From NCBI GenBank assembly GCA_963749705.1, contig CAVVNQ010000003.1, forward strand, positions 64,001 through 128,000: DNA of 64,000 nucleotides. The letters run 5' to 3'. Positions within the stretch are counted from its first letter, which is position 1; the number at the start of each line of letters is the position of its first letter. The notes under the pieces are model-generated. The model searched no databases and was not told the DNA's origin. It saw nothing but the letters and a program-made list of their open reading frames with translations. Below, one piece after another: positions 1 to 10,612 of this stretch. This DNA comes from an uncultured Chloroflexia bacterium (GTDB lineage: Bacteria; Chloroflexota; Limnocylindria; Limnocylindrales; CSP1-4). The position numbers and the translations under genes are program-made.

Positions 1-849
1 GCGATGCTCGACCTGTCGGCGGTGCGGGCCGTCGGCTCGACCGGCGCACCGCTGGCCGCAGCCGGGTTCCATTGGGTCCGCGACGCGATCTCGGCCGCCA
101 TCCCCGTCCATTCGTTCAGCGGCGGGACGGACCTGTGCACCGGGTTCCTCGGGCCGTCCCCGCTCGTGCCGGTGTGGGCGGGCGAGATCAGCTGCCGGAT
201 GCTGGGCGCGAAGGTCGAGGCGTACGACGAGGACGGCCGGTCGGTCGTCGGCCGGCAGGGCGAGCTCGTGATCACGGCCCCGATGCCGTCGATGCCCGTC
301 GCGTTCTGGGGCGACCCGGACGGCGAGCGGCTCCGGTCGGCGTACTTCGAGCCGTGGCCCGGCGTCTGGCGCCACGGCGACTGGGTCACCATCACCGAGC
401 GCGGCTCGTGCGTGATCACGGGGCGCAGCGACGCGACCCTCAACCGCGGTGGCGTCCGGCTCGGGACGGCAGAGTTCTACACGGTGGTGGAGGCAATCCC
501 CGAGATTGCGGACAGTCTCGTCGTCCACCTCGAGGACGAGGCCGGCGGCGCCGGGGAGCTGCTGCTGTTCGTCTCGCTCCGCGACGGGGCGGCGCTCGAC
601 GATGCGCTCGTCGCCCGGATCCGCTCGACCCTCCGCGCGGAGCTCTCGCCCCGTCACGTGCCGGACGCGATCCATGCGGTGCCGGCGATCCCGCGGACGC
701 TGTCGGGCAAGAAGGTCGAGGTGCCCGTCAAGCGGATCCTGCTGGGCCAGCGCCCGGATGTGGCGGCATCCCGGGATGCGCTCGCCGACCCGCGGGCCCT
801 CGATCCGTTCGAGGCGCTCGCGGCGAAGCGACCCGGCCGCGGGCGATAG
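1..849 (+). CDS. Acetoacetyl-CoA synthetase (AMP-binding family), 5'-truncated by the window edge
   Basis: GSTGAPL, SGGTDLC, WRHGDW, GRSDATLNRGGVRLGT and PRTLSGKKVE motifs. Confidence 0.9.
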   Translation, partial: AMLDLSAVRAVGSTGAPLAAAGFHWVRDAISAAIPVHSFSGGTDLCTGFLGPSPLVPVWAGEISCRMLGAKVEAYDEDGRSVVGRQGELVITAPMPSMPVAFWGDPDGERLRSAYFEPWPGVWRHGDWVTITERGSCVITGRSDATLNRGGVRLGTAEFYTVVEAIPEIADSLVVHLEDEAGGAGELLLFVSLRDGAALDDALVARIRSTLRAELSPRHVPDAIHAVPAIPRTLSGKKVEVPVKRILLGQRPDVAASRDALADPRALDPFEALAAKRPGRGR

Positions 850-895
850 CGGGAACCCGCTCTCGCGCAGCTCGAGTCGCTCCAAAACGCGGGCT

Positions 896-1556
896 TCAGG
901 ACTCCGTGCCGCGGCTCACCTCCGCGCCGCCTGACGCCTGGACGTCGAGCGCCGCGTTGCCGAGCACGACCAGGTGGGCGCCGCCCGATGCGGATCCGCT
1001 CACCCGGGACGCCGCGCTCACGGTCGCCGTCGCGCCGCCGGCCAGCCGCACGTCCGCGGTGCCCGCGGCCAGGCCGCGAAGGTCGACGGTCGAGCCGCCG
1101 TCCGCATCGAGCACGACCGATCCCACGGAGCCGAGCACGGTTGCCCGGGCGCCGCCGTTCACCCCCAGGCCGAGGGTGGACGCGGAGATGCCCTGCGATG
1201 CGCGCCTGGGCTCCGCCGCTCAACGACACCGCATCGAGGACCGGAACGGTGACGGTGACGATCACCGGCTCGGTCGTCGTGAAGTCCCGGTTGGCCGAGA
1301 TCCTGAGCGTGTCGCCCGAGACGCTGGTCTCGACGGCCTGCAGGACGTTCTCCTGCGCGCTGATGCGGAGCGGGCCGGCCGGACCGATGGCCAGGTCGAC
1401 GTGGATCCCGGCCCCGACGTCGAGCCGCGTGAACGGGCGGGTGTCACGCGTCTCGGTGGTGACGGGGCCCTGGCCCTGGATGCACCCCGCGAGGGCCAGC
1501 GGGAGCGCCAGGGCGATCCCGATGGCGACGCGGCGAGCGCGATCGCTCGTCGTCAT
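896..1556 (-). CDS. GIN/DUF2807-type lipoprotein with a frameshift near 1190 (probable sequencing error)
   Basis: Lipobox LAGC; beta-helix-like repeats (LSGGAQA, ADGGSTVD, ASGGAHL). Removing one G from the GGG run at ~1191-1193 joins the two frames. Confidence 0.75.
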
Positions 1557-1558
1557 GG

Positions 1559-2317
1559 CTACATGTCCTCCCGATTGAAGATCCACAGGCCGGCAAGGCC
1601 GAGGACGACCACCGTCAGCCCCCAACTGACGACCGTCAGCCCGTTGGCGGGTTCGCCGATGGCGAGGGCCCCGGCCACGGTGGCGATCGAGCTTGGCCAC
1701 AGGTCTGCGATCGACGGCCCGAATGCGCTGAGGAGATACGGCGCGAACGCGACGCCGAACGAGATCGCCGCGATCCCGGCCTGGTTGTCCAGGCGAGTGG
1801 CGAGCGCGAGGTTGAGCGCAACGAACAACGCCGGCAGGGCGATCAGGACGCCACCGTACCGGGCGATCGCCGCGAGATCGGGGACGTTCCCATAGGACAG
1901 GGTCGCGACGCCGACCATCCAGGCCAGCGGAAGCACGACCGCAAACAAGGCGAGCATCAGCACGGCCGCGGACCACTTGGCCAGCAGCACGGATGTGCGG
2001 GACACCGGCTTGGACAGCGTCCAGGCCAGGGTGCCGGATGCGCGCTCCGGGACCAGCATGCCGATGCTGGCGAAGATGCCGGCCATCAGGACCCACTGGT
2101 CGAACCGCGCGTTGAAGATGTTGACGGTGGCATTGAGCATCTCGGCGGTCGGCACCCCGCCGGCGGCCTCGTCGATCCGGGTGGCCAGGGTGCCCACGGT
2201 GCCCATCGCGGCCACGGTCACGAACGTGACCAGGGCGGCCCGGCGCAGCCACCATTCCTGCAGCTCCTTGCGCAGGAAGGGACGGAACCCCGGCTGGGGG
2301 GCAATGGACGCGGTCAT
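1559..2317 (-). CDS. ABC-2 type transporter permease
   Basis: FLRKELQEWW N-terminus, ERASGTLAWTLSKPVSR motif, about 6 TM segments; ATGA overlap with the ATPase stop. Confidence 0.88.
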   Translation of the reverse strand: MTASIAPQPGFRPFLRKELQEWWLRRAALVTFVTVAAMGTVGTLATRIDEAAGGVPTAEMLNATVNIFNARFDQWVLMAGIFASIGMLVPERASGTLAWTLSKPVSRTSVLLAKWSAAVLMLALFAVVLPLAWMVGVATLSYGNVPDLAAIARYGGVLIALPALFVALNLALATRLDNQAGIAAISFGVAFAPYLLSAFGPSIADLWPSSIATVAGALAIGEPANGLTVVSWGLTVVVLGLAGLWIFNREDM

Positions 2318-3258
2318 GCTGCACGCTCCTCGTTGACGATTCGCAGGAACACGGACTCCAGGTCCGGGGCTTCCTGGTGGTTTGCGGCGACGATCAGCCC
2401 GCGGTCCGCGGCAAAGCGCATCACGGCACCCTGCACGGCCTCGGTGCGTTCGTCGTCGACCTTGATGTCGTACCGCCATTCGTCGCCGTTGCGATCGACC
2501 GGGGTAACGCCGGCGACACCCGGCAGGCCCGACAGGTCAGCGGCGGTCGCGTCGGTTGCCCCGACGAGGGCGACCCGGACCCTCCCGTGCGCGGCGCGGC
2601 GCATCAGCTCGGCGGTGGGCGCGCTCACGACGAGGCGGCCCTTGTCCAGGATCGCGACGTGGTCGCTCACCCGCTGGACATCGTCCAGGATGTGGGTCGA
2701 GTAGAAGATGGTCTTGTCGCCCCGCAGCTGCTTGAGCAGCTCGAGGACGTCGTGGCGACCCAGCGGGTCGAGCGCGGCGGCAGGCTCGTCGAGCAGCAGC
2801 ACGGCCGGATTTCCGGCGAGCGCCTGCGCGATGCCCAGCCGCTGGCGCATCCCGCCCGAGTACTGGCTCGTCGGGCGCTCTGCGGCATCGGTCAGGCCGA
2901 CCAGCTCCAGCAGCTCGTCGATCGTCCTCCCGCCGGGGCGGGCGGGGAAGAAGGTCAGCACGTACTCGAGCGTCTGGCGCCCGGACATCCAGCCGTAGAA
3001 CCGGGGGTCCTGGGCCAGGTAGCCGATCTGGGCGCGATGCGCGCCCTGGACCCCGACCGGGATCCCGTTGATCGCGGCACTGCCGGAGGTGGGACGAGTC
3101 AGGCCGGCCAGGATCTTGAGCGCGGTCGTCTTGCCGGCGCCGTTGGGTCCGAGGAACCCGAAGATCGAGCCGGCCGGGACGTCGAGCGTCAGATTGCTCA
3201 GCGCGGTCACGCCGCGGTACGTCTTGGTCAGGTTGTCGGTCGCGATTGCGGCAGTCAT
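2314..3258 (-). CDS. ABC transporter ATP-binding protein
   Basis: GPNGAGKT, YSGGMRQR, LLLDEP; AAGGAG RBS before ATG 3258. Confidence 0.93.
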   Translation of the reverse strand: MTAAIATDNLTKTYRGVTALSNLTLDVPAGSIFGFLGPNGAGKTTALKILAGLTRPTSGSAAINGIPVGVQGAHRAQIGYLAQDPRFYGWMSGRQTLEYVLTFFPARPGGRTIDELLELVGLTDAAERPTSQYSGGMRQRLGIAQALAGNPAVLLLDEPAAALDPLGRHDVLELLKQLRGDKTIFYSTHILDDVQRVSDHVAILDKGRLVVSAPTAELMRRAAHGRVRVALVGATDATAADLSGLPGVAGVTPVDRNGDEWRYDIKVDDERTEAVQGAVMRFAADRGLIVAANHQEAPDLESVFLRIVNEERAA

Positions 3259-3633
3259 GGGCGCTCCTTCGAGCTGGGGACGCTTCGGCTCCTGGGCGGC
3301 CGTCGGCGATGCCGAGAGCCTCGCGGATCGCGGAACGCGGGCCATCGGAGCCGTCCCGACAAGGGGATTGGGGCTGTCCCTAGAGGCGGTCCGGACTCGC
3401 GCGCCGAGGCAGATCCAACGGCCGGATCCGGCATGCGGGGACCTCGCCGACCGGGTCGCCGCGCCGGGTCAGGCTTCGGCGGGCAACGGTGGGCTGGCCG
3501 CCTCGGTCGATGCGTCAGACCGGGGAACGGTCGATGGTTCGCGCCGCCGGTTTGCGGCGGCGCCATCTCGATGCCGTGAGCCTCCTGAGGCCATGTGGCC
3601 GGATGCCCCGGGGCCGGATGCCCCCGAGTCGGG

Positions 3634-4167
3634 TCACTCGGCGGCGGTGTCGAACCCGTCCTGCACGGTCGCGGTGAACGCGCCGGCGTCGACCGGATCG
3701 GCGAACCGGAGGATGAGCACGCGGTCGAAGGCGACGGCGTCGCCCGGGCACTCGGGCTGGATCAGCACGAGCCTGCCGAGGATCGGATCGACCGTCAGCG
3801 TGTTCGTGGAGTCGCACGGGCCGCCGGACCAGGTCAGGCGCAACGTGGCGGGATCGTCGTTCACGACCGCGAGCCGGTAGGCCTCCACCGATGCGCCGTC
3901 ACCGGGCGTCCCGGATGTCGCGCCGCTCACGAGCCCCGCGGGGGCGACGATGTCGATGGTCACGTCGTTGCCCGTCGCGTTGGCGAGCCGGATGTGGATC
4001 GGCGAGCCGCCCTCGCTGTCGGCCGCGGACGGAAGGGTCGTCGGCGTCGGAGACGGCGCAGCCGTGGGGGGCGTCGCGGTGGCGGCGGACGAGCCGCAGG
4101 CCGAAACGAGAACGGCGAGGCCGAGCACCGTGGCGACGGTCGCGGCGGCGATGACGGGGTGCTTCAC
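3634..4167 (-). CDS. Hypothetical lipoprotein
   Basis: AAGGAG RBS then GTG; signal peptide with lipobox VSAC; Pro/Thr linker; conserved-looking W-GGPCD segment. Confidence 0.7.
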   Translation of the reverse strand: MKHPVIAAATVATVLGLAVLVSACGSSAATATPPTAAPSPTPTTLPSAADSEGGSPIHIRLANATGNDVTIDIVAPAGLVSGATSGTPGDGASVEAYRLAVVNDDPATLRLTWSGGPCDSTNTLTVDPILGRLVLIQPECPGDAVAFDRVLILRFADPVDAGAFTATVQDGFDTAAE

Positions 4168-4367
4168 GGTGAGCTCCTTGAACACGGCGGTCGATTGCCG
4201 CCACCGCCGGCGTGGGGCCCGGCATCGGGTGGCGGCCCGGTGTCACACGAGCCTGGAGGCAGTCGCCTCGGCGCTCATCGGAGCAGACCCGGCAACGACG
4301 TCAGGGCTGGCACGAATCAGGGTCAGCCCGGATCCGGCGGCATTGCCCCGTATGGCAGAGTCCGGAG

Positions 4368-6054
4368 ATGCGTGGCCGCACGAAACGAATCATCGTCGGC
4401 GTCGTCGGCACCCTCGTGGCCGTCGGTGCGGAGCGGATCGCGCTCGACAACGGCGCCACGCCACGCGCCGTGCTGCTCGATCTCGCGATCGGGCTGACCT
4501 ACGTGTACGGCGGCCTGGCGATCGCGGACCGCGCGCCGCGCAACAAGACCGGCGCCAAGATGACGGCCACCGGTCTGGCCTGGTTCATCGGGACCTTTGG
4601 CGGGTCCGGGATCCCGGTCATCGGGGACCTCGGGGTCGCATTCAACGACCTGTACTCGGCCTTCCTGCTCGCGCTCGTGCTCAGCTATCCGGGCGGGGTG
4701 CTCGAGACGAGGGTGGACCGGATCGGGATCGCGATCATGGTCTTCGGGACGACCGCGCTCCAGGTCGGCGCATACCTGGTCGACACGCCGTTGCTGATCA
4801 ACGAGGGCAGCAACGGGCTCTACGGCGGCCTCGCGCTCGCCGCGATGGCGAGCGTGCTGATCCTCCGCCGCTGGTGGCTGGCGCCCGCCCGCGCGCGGAG
4901 CGACCTCCTGCCGGTGCTGTTCGCCGGGGTCGTGTTCGTCGTGATCATCGCCGTCAACCTCATCCGCCGCATCGCGCTCGTCCCGGACTCGACCGCACAG
5001 CTGCTGATCGCGCTGACCGGGCTGGCTCCGGCTGCCATCCCCGTGGCGCTCCTGATCGGCTTCTACCGCCAGAGCGAGCGCCGGCTGCAGGCGCTGGTCG
5101 ACGCCATCCCCGACCCCCTGTTCCGGATCGCGAGGAACGGGGATGTGCTGGACGCCCGCACGAGCATCGGAGATGGCCGAGGTCCGGCCAGGCCGGCCGA
5201 CGAGGGTGTCGCCGAGCTGCTGCTGGCCGCCAGGCGTGACTCGATCCTGGAGGCCGCGGGGCGCGCCCTTGACGACGGGCGCCTGCAATCGCTCGATGTC
5301 GCGCTCGACCAGCCGGGCGGCGGTCGGGCCCTGGAGGTCCGCCTCGCACCGAGCGGATCCGGCGAGGTCACTGCGATCGTCCGCGACTTCACCGACCAGC
5401 GGGAGGCCGAGGCGGAGGTCCGCCGGTCGCGGACGCGGATCGTCGAGGCCGCGGATGCCGAGCGGCGACGCGTCGAGCGCAACCTCCACGACGGCGCCCA
5501 GCAGCGGCTGGTGGCGCTCTCGCTCGCACTGCGCCGGGCACGAGCGCAGCTGCCCGCCGACGGCTCGGTCGACCGCCGGCGCAACGCTCGACGAAGCGTC
5601 GAGCCAGCTGCAGGCCGCGATGGCCGAGCTGCGCGAGCTCGCGCGCGGGATCCACCCGGCGATCCTGACCGAGGCCGGGCTGGTGCCCGCGATCCGCTCC
5701 CTGGCCGCAGAGTCGTCCGTGCCGGTGACGCTCGGGCTCGACCTGCCGGCTGGACTGTCGAGCCACGTCGAGGCCGCCGCGTACTACGTCGTCGCGGAGT
5801 CGCTCACCAACATCGCCAGGTACGCCGAGGCGCGGCAGGTCGACGTCATCGGGACGATCGCCGGAGGGGAGCTCCGGGTCGAGGTCCGGGACGACGGCCG
5901 TGGCGGCGCCGATCCAGCGGCCGGTTCGGGCCTCCGCGGGCTGTCGGACCGGGTGGCGGCGCTGGACGGCCGCCTCGAGGTCATCAGCCCCGAAGGCGGC
6001 GGTACCCGGGTGGTTGCGACCTTCCCCCTCGCATCGTCGGGCAGCCCGGCCTGA
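4368..6054 (+). CDS. Membrane sensor histidine kinase (HisKA_3/NarL type, PAS-like linker), frameshifted near 5570
   Basis: Multiple TMs and [12 protein letters not shown] in the first frame; ELARGIHP, ESLTNIARYA, DDGRGGA and GSGLRGL in the second frame. Confidence 0.85.
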
Positions 6055-6201
6055 CGTCAGGTCACCGGATCGCGGCGCCCCGCGGAACTGGGGTTAGCCC
6101 GAAGGCGCGATGCGTGGCCCTCCCCGATGCCCGGGCGCACGATGGCGCCGACCCTTGGACCCATCACGGCTCACAGCCACCACGTGACAAGGGAGCGTCC
6201 C

Positions 6202-7368
6202 ATGCAGCTATTCCGGAACCTCGCCCGACGCCGGCTGCGCACCGGCCTGACCGTCACCGGCATCACGATCGGCATCTGGGCCCTCGTGGTGTTCAGCGCG
6301 ATGGCCAACAAGGTCGACGCCCTGGTCGGCGGCGGCAGTGCCTACTACGGCAACAAGATCGTCGTCACCGTCGGCGGCTTCGGCGGCCTGGGCGGCCAGC
6401 CGCTGCCCCTTGCCGCGATCGACGACGTCCGGGCAATTGACGGAGTGGACGTCGTCGTCCCGGCAAGCACCCTGCTCGCGGCTGAGATGGGCGCCGTCAC
6501 CTTCGGACCACCCGACCAGGTGTTCGCCGCACCGGCCGGCGCAGACCAGGGCCGCGAGACCTTCCGCGCCTCGCTCGCCACCGGTCGCCTGCTGACGCCT
6601 GACGACGAGGGCAACGACGTCGCCGTCCTGGGCTCATCGATCGCCGAGAAGCGCCACGCGACCGTGGGCGGCACGGTCTCGATCCACGGACGGCCGTTCG
6701 AGGTCGTCGGGATCTTCGAGCCCACGCTCACCACCCCTGACGCCACCATCACGGTCCCGTTCACGACCGGTCAGCAGCTTGCCTACGAGGACCTGCCCCA
6801 GGTCCTGCGCGACAAGGTCCGCGCCGAGGACCTGGCCACCGAGTTCATCGTCTACCCGACACCGGGCGCCGATCAGGAGACCATTGCTGACGCCATCGAG
6901 GCCAAGCTGCCCGATGTCACCGCGATGACCGGCAGCGCGTACACCGCGTCGGTCGGCAGCTCGGTGTCCATCTTCAACTCGATCATCGTGGGCATCGGGC
7001 TCGTCAGCCTGATCGTGGGCGGCCTCTCGGTCATCAACACGATGGCCATGTCGGTCGCCGAGCGCACCCGCGAGATCGGCATCAAGCGGGCGATCGGGGC
7101 CAGCCGGCGCCGGATCATCCGCGAGCTCATGGCCGAGGCCGGCGTCATCGGCGCCATCGGCGGGATCCTCGGGGTCTCGCTCGGAGCCCTGGTGGTTGCG
7201 GGCGTCAACGAGATGACCCGCTCGTCCGGCACGGTGCTGTTCCAGATGACCATCGGAACGGCCCTGTTCGCCTTCACCTTCTCCACGGTCCTGGGCGTGA
7301 TCGCCGGGATCGTCCCCGCCTGGAGCGCGGCCCGGCTCGATCCGGTCAGCGCGCTCCGCTACGAATAG
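6202..7368 (+). CDS. MacB/FtsX-family ABC permease
   Basis: [27 protein letters not shown]-terminal [11 protein letters not shown]. Confidence 0.92.
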   Translation: MQLFRNLARRRLRTGLTVTGITIGIWALVVFSAMANKVDALVGGGSAYYGNKIVVTVGGFGGLGGQPLPLAAIDDVRAIDGVDVVVPASTLLAAEMGAVTFGPPDQVFAAPAGADQGRETFRASLATGRLLTPDDEGNDVAVLGSSIAEKRHATVGGTVSIHGRPFEVVGIFEPTLTTPDATITVPFTTGQQLAYEDLPQVLRDKVRAEDLATEFIVYPTPGADQETIADAIEAKLPDVTAMTGSAYTASVGSSVSIFNSIIVGIGLVSLIVGGLSVINTMAMSVAERTREIGIKRAIGASRRRIIRELMAEAGVIGAIGGILGVSLGALVVAGVNEMTRSSGTVLFQMTIGTALFAFTFSTVLGVIAGIVPAWSAARLDPVSALRYE

Positions 7369-7377
7369 GAGCTCGAG

Positions 7378-8100
7378 ATGACCATGCTGGAGGCGCATGA
7401 CCTGCGCAAGACCTATCGGCTGTCGAAGACCAACATCGTCGAAGCCCTGCGCGGCGTCAACGTCACGGTCGAGGCCGGCGAGATGGTGGCGATCATGGGC
7501 CCGTCGGGATCGGGCAAGTCCACCCTGATGCACGTGCTCGGGCTGCTCCACGCGCCCGACCGGAACCACGGCCCGGCGCCGGAGCTCCGGTTCGACGGCC
7601 GGTCGATGACCGACCTCTCGGACCGCGAGCTGACACGCACCCGGGCCGCCGGGATGGGGTTCGTGTTCCAGGCGTTCAACCTCGTCCCGACCCTGTCGGC
7701 GATCGAGAACGTGATGCTGGCGGCCGACTACGCCGGCACCCCGCGAGCCGTCGCGCGGCCGGCAGCGCTGGAGGCGCTCGGGCTGGTCGGCCTCGCCGAC
7801 CGGGCCAACCACCGGCCGTCGGAGCTGTCGGGCGGCGAGCAGCAGCGCGTCGCCATCGCGCGGGCGCTGATCAACAAGCCCAAGCTGGTCCTGGGCGACG
7901 AGCCCACGGGCAACCTGGACTCGGCCCGGACCTCCGAGGTGCTCACGCTGATGCGCCGGCTCAACCGCGAGTCCGGCCAGACGTTCGTGATCGTGACCCA
8001 CGATCCCCAGGTCGGCGAGGCCTGCGACCGGATCATCCGGATGCAGGACGGCGTGATCCTCGACGACGGGCTGGGGGTCGCCGGCGCCGCGGCTGCCTGA
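7378..8100 (+). CDS. LolD/MacB-type ABC ATP-binding protein
   Basis: [32 protein letters not shown]. Confidence 0.93.
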   Translation: MTMLEAHDLRKTYRLSKTNIVEALRGVNVTVEAGEMVAIMGPSGSGKSTLMHVLGLLHAPDRNHGPAPELRFDGRSMTDLSDRELTRTRAAGMGFVFQAFNLVPTLSAIENVMLAADYAGTPRAVARPAALEALGLVGLADRANHRPSELSGGEQQRVAIARALINKPKLVLGDEPTGNLDSARTSEVLTLMRRLNRESGQTFVIVTHDPQVGEACDRIIRMQDGVILDDGLGVAGAAAA

Positions 8101-8203
8101 ACCCGCGCCCTCTCCGCGCCCGGCCGAACGGCCGGGCGCTGCTGCGTCTCCCGGCCACGCCGGCCGGTCGATGGCGCGTCTCGGGCGGGCCGCGTCCGCA
8201 ACC

Positions 8204-8219
8204 TCAGGGTCAGCCCTGA
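8204..8219. promoter_or_regulatory. Palindrome TCAGGG-TCAG-CCCTGA, candidate NarL-family response regulator site
   Basis: Perfect 6-bp arms; related 16-mers at 3368-3383, 4317-4332, 6088-6103 and 37442-37457, all upstream of genes. Confidence 0.55.
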
Positions 8220-8328
8220 CCCACGAATTGGCGCCTGCTCCGATGGCAGCGCCGGTCCCGGAAGCGATGCTTCGAACCAGGAGCCGAGCACGATCGCCGG
8301 CCAGCCGACACCGAACCAGGAGACTCCA

Positions 8329-8505
8329 ATGCATCCGCAGATCGTTCTCGAATCGGCGAACGCTCGGATGGCCGAGCTTCACCGGACCACGGGCCGCCAC
8401 GTTGACGCGGCGGCCCATCGCACCATTGCCGGGTCGCGGATCTCCGCGACCATTGCCGGCGCCGGCAAGGCCGCCCAGCTGCGGTCGCTCCGCGCGGCGT
8501 CCTGA
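8329..8505 (+). CDS. Small hypothetical protein, 58 aa ([19 protein letters not shown]...)
   Basis: AGGAGA RBS before ATG, TGA at 8503-8505; shorter than the ORF-track cutoff; downstream of the palindrome. Confidence 0.55.
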   Translation: MHPQIVLESANARMAELHRTTGRHVDAAAHRTIAGSRISATIAGAGKAAQLRSLRAAS

Positions 8506-8604
8506 CTCGCATAGGCGGGCCCCTGCAATTCGGTCTCGGGCCCGCCTTTCCGCGTGCTGTCCACACTGGGCAGGCGCCCACCCTGCGGTAGACTGCTGAT
8601 CCGC

Positions 8605-8680
8605 GCGCCTGTAGCTCAGTGGATAGAGCGTCGGCCTCCGGAGCCGAAGGTCGCAGGTTCGAATCCTGTCGGGCGCGCCA
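8605..8680 (+). tRNA. tRNA-Arg(CCG)
   Basis: Acceptor stem GCGCCTG/CGGGCGC, anticodon arm TCGGC-CTCCGGA-GCCGA, GTTCGAATC T-loop, encoded CCA; -10-like TAGACT at 8589-8594. Confidence 0.97.
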
Positions 8681-8681
8681 T

Positions 8682-8777
8682 TGTCTTGAGTCGCGACATA
8701 TGAGTCACATGAGTCGGGACATCCGGGTCACTGTGATCCTCCTGTCGCCTGGGACCCCGGCCATCGGCCGGGGTCTC
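8682..8777. mobile_element. IS-terminus-like remnant directly after the tRNA (IS481-like end, no transposase)
   Basis: Begins with TGT; repeats TGAGTCGCGACAT (8687-8699), TGAGTCACAT (8701-8710) and TGAGTCGGGACAT (8710-8722); 10-bp hairpin at 8753-8775. Confidence 0.45.
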
Positions 8778-8931
8778 GTCGTTGGTTGCGCCAGTACCCC
8801 CGGTCAGGCTCGATCAGGTGGGTCGAGGGACCTCGCCGGTATCGAGGGCCTGGTGCGACTCCGCGCGGGCGCCCGCGAACACAGCGACTCGATGCCGCGG
8901 CGGCTCCCGCACACTTCCCTTCGGTCTTTGG

Positions 8932-9000
8932 TTGACATTGAATGGTTAGCGGCTCACTCTCCAATCATCCCTTCATTCTCGCGGTCAGATTGAAGGGATG
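8932..9000 (+). promoter_or_regulatory. Promoter and inverted-repeat operator upstream of the Fic gene
   Basis: TTGACA-N17-CACTCT; inverted repeat CATCCCTTCA (8966-8975) / TGAAGGGATG (8991-9000). Confidence 0.55.
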
Positions 9001-9015
9001 CAGCCGGAGGCCCAC

Positions 9016-10212
9016 GTGCCGAGCACCGTCGATCGGACCTGGGAGGGAGACCCTGGCGCGATGGGCGGGCGCCGAGCGCGCGCCTCGTTCCGCTACCAGG
9101 CATTCGTCCCCGACGAGATCGCGGCGCTCAGCCCCGTCGTCCCGTTCGAGGTGGCCGATGTCTCGGCGGACGCCGAGGCCGCCATCCGGACGCTCAACGA
9201 GCGCGCCTCGGTGGGCGGTCTCGAAGCGATCGGGCCGCTGCTCCTGCGGTCGGAGGCCGTGGCGTCGTCACGGATCGAGGGCTACGACGTCTCGTCGCTC
9301 AACCTCGCCCGGGCGCTCGTCGACCCCCGGGCCGCTCGGGGCATCGCCCGGATCGTCGCCGCGAACGTGTCCGCGATGGAGGAGGCGATCGCGATCGGGG
9401 ACCGCACCGAGCCGGTGACCGTCGCCGACCTGCTGGCGATCCACGCGGTGCTCATGGCAGGCGACGAGCGCGCACGACCCGGCCGCGTGCGCGAGGAGCA
9501 GAACTGGATCGGTGGCCGGCTCGGGAACCCGTCCGACGCGGCCTTCGTGCCGCCGCCAGAGAACCTCGTCCTGCCGCTCCTTGAGGACCTCGTCACGTTC
9601 ATCGCGCGGGACGACCTGCCGGCGGTGGCGCAGGCCGCCGTGGCCCACGCCCAGTTCGAGACCATCCACCCGTTCATCGACGGCAACGGCCGCGTCGGCC
9701 GCGCCCTCGTCCACGTCGTGTTGCGGCGGCGCGGCGTCGCCGCTCGCTTCGTTCCGCCGGTCAGCATCGTCCTGGCGGCCCGCCCTGCCGCCTATGTCGA
9801 GGGGCTGGTCGCGTTCCGAGAAGGCCGCGTGGCCGACTGGATCGGCTCGTTCTCGACCGCTGCGGCCCGTGCCGCGGCCGCGTCGATCGAGCTCGCCGAC
9901 CAGGTTGCCTCGCTCCAGGGCGAGTGGCGCGAGCGCGCCGGTAGGCCGAGGGCCGGATCCGCCGCCAGCAAGGTCATCGCCCTGCTGCCCGCCCTGCCGG
10001 TGCTCTCGGCGCCGACCGCCCGGGCGGCGATCGGCGTCAGCCAGCAGCAGACGCTCGCCGCGCTCAAGGCACTGGCCGGGGCCGGCGTCATCCGCCAGTT
10101 GAGTGCGGGGACCTACGACCGCCAGTACGCGGCGACCGAGCTGTTCGACCTGGTCGGCGCCTACGAGGAGGGGATCGTCGGCCCGGCACGGAGCGCGCGG
10201 CCAACGCCGTAG
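9016..10212 (+). CDS. Fic family protein (class II, N-terminal inhibitory motif, C-terminal HTH-like region)
   Basis: HPFIDGNGRVGR catalytic motif, SSRIEG inhibitory motif; GGAGG RBS before GTG 9016 (alternative ATG at 8998). Confidence 0.92.
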   Translation: MPSTVDRTWEGDPGAMGGRRARASFRYQAFVPDEIAALSPVVPFEVADVSADAEAAIRTLNERASVGGLEAIGPLLLRSEAVASSRIEGYDVSSLNLARALVDPRAARGIARIVAANVSAMEEAIAIGDRTEPVTVADLLAIHAVLMAGDERARPGRVREEQNWIGGRLGNPSDAAFVPPPENLVLPLLEDLVTFIARDDLPAVAQAAVAHAQFETIHPFIDGNGRVGRALVHVVLRRRGVAARFVPPVSIVLAARPAAYVEGLVAFREGRVADWIGSFSTAAARAAAASIELADQVASLQGEWRERAGRPRAGSAASKVIALLPALPVLSAPTARAAIGVSQQQTLAALKALAGAGVIRQLSAGTYDRQYAATELFDLVGAYEEGIVGPARSARPTP

Positions 10213-10612
10213 GCCAGACTGCGGCGCTTGTCCGGTCGGTCGCGTCCGTGGCCACCCTCGAGTTCACCGCAGCACGTGGGCCGACGTGGGCGCTCACGGA
10301 CGGACGTCGCCGCGCCGCGCACGCACTTCGGGAGCACTGCAGCGGGCAAGCCGGAGCCTGTTCGGCTCGATCTCGTCCGTCGCAGCGCTGCTGCGCCGTC
10401 GTCGTTGCCCCCACCCTCGAACGCGCGCTCGCCGGTGGTGATTGACGGTCGACGGCGACAGTTCCAGGCGGTGGGCGGCGGCCTTCTCCGAGCCGGCGCA
10501 ACGACGGCGCCGACGACACCAACGTCGCGGTCGGTGGCGCGCACGGGCCGCGTCTCGACGGGTTACCGGTCACCTCGTGCGCCAAGGCGGGCGCGGCCGC
10601 CAGGCATTCGGG

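Noticed and set aside
10213-10612. Possible integrase remnant between Fic and the methyltransferase
   Set aside because: No tyrosine or serine recombinase motifs recognisable in the frames I could read
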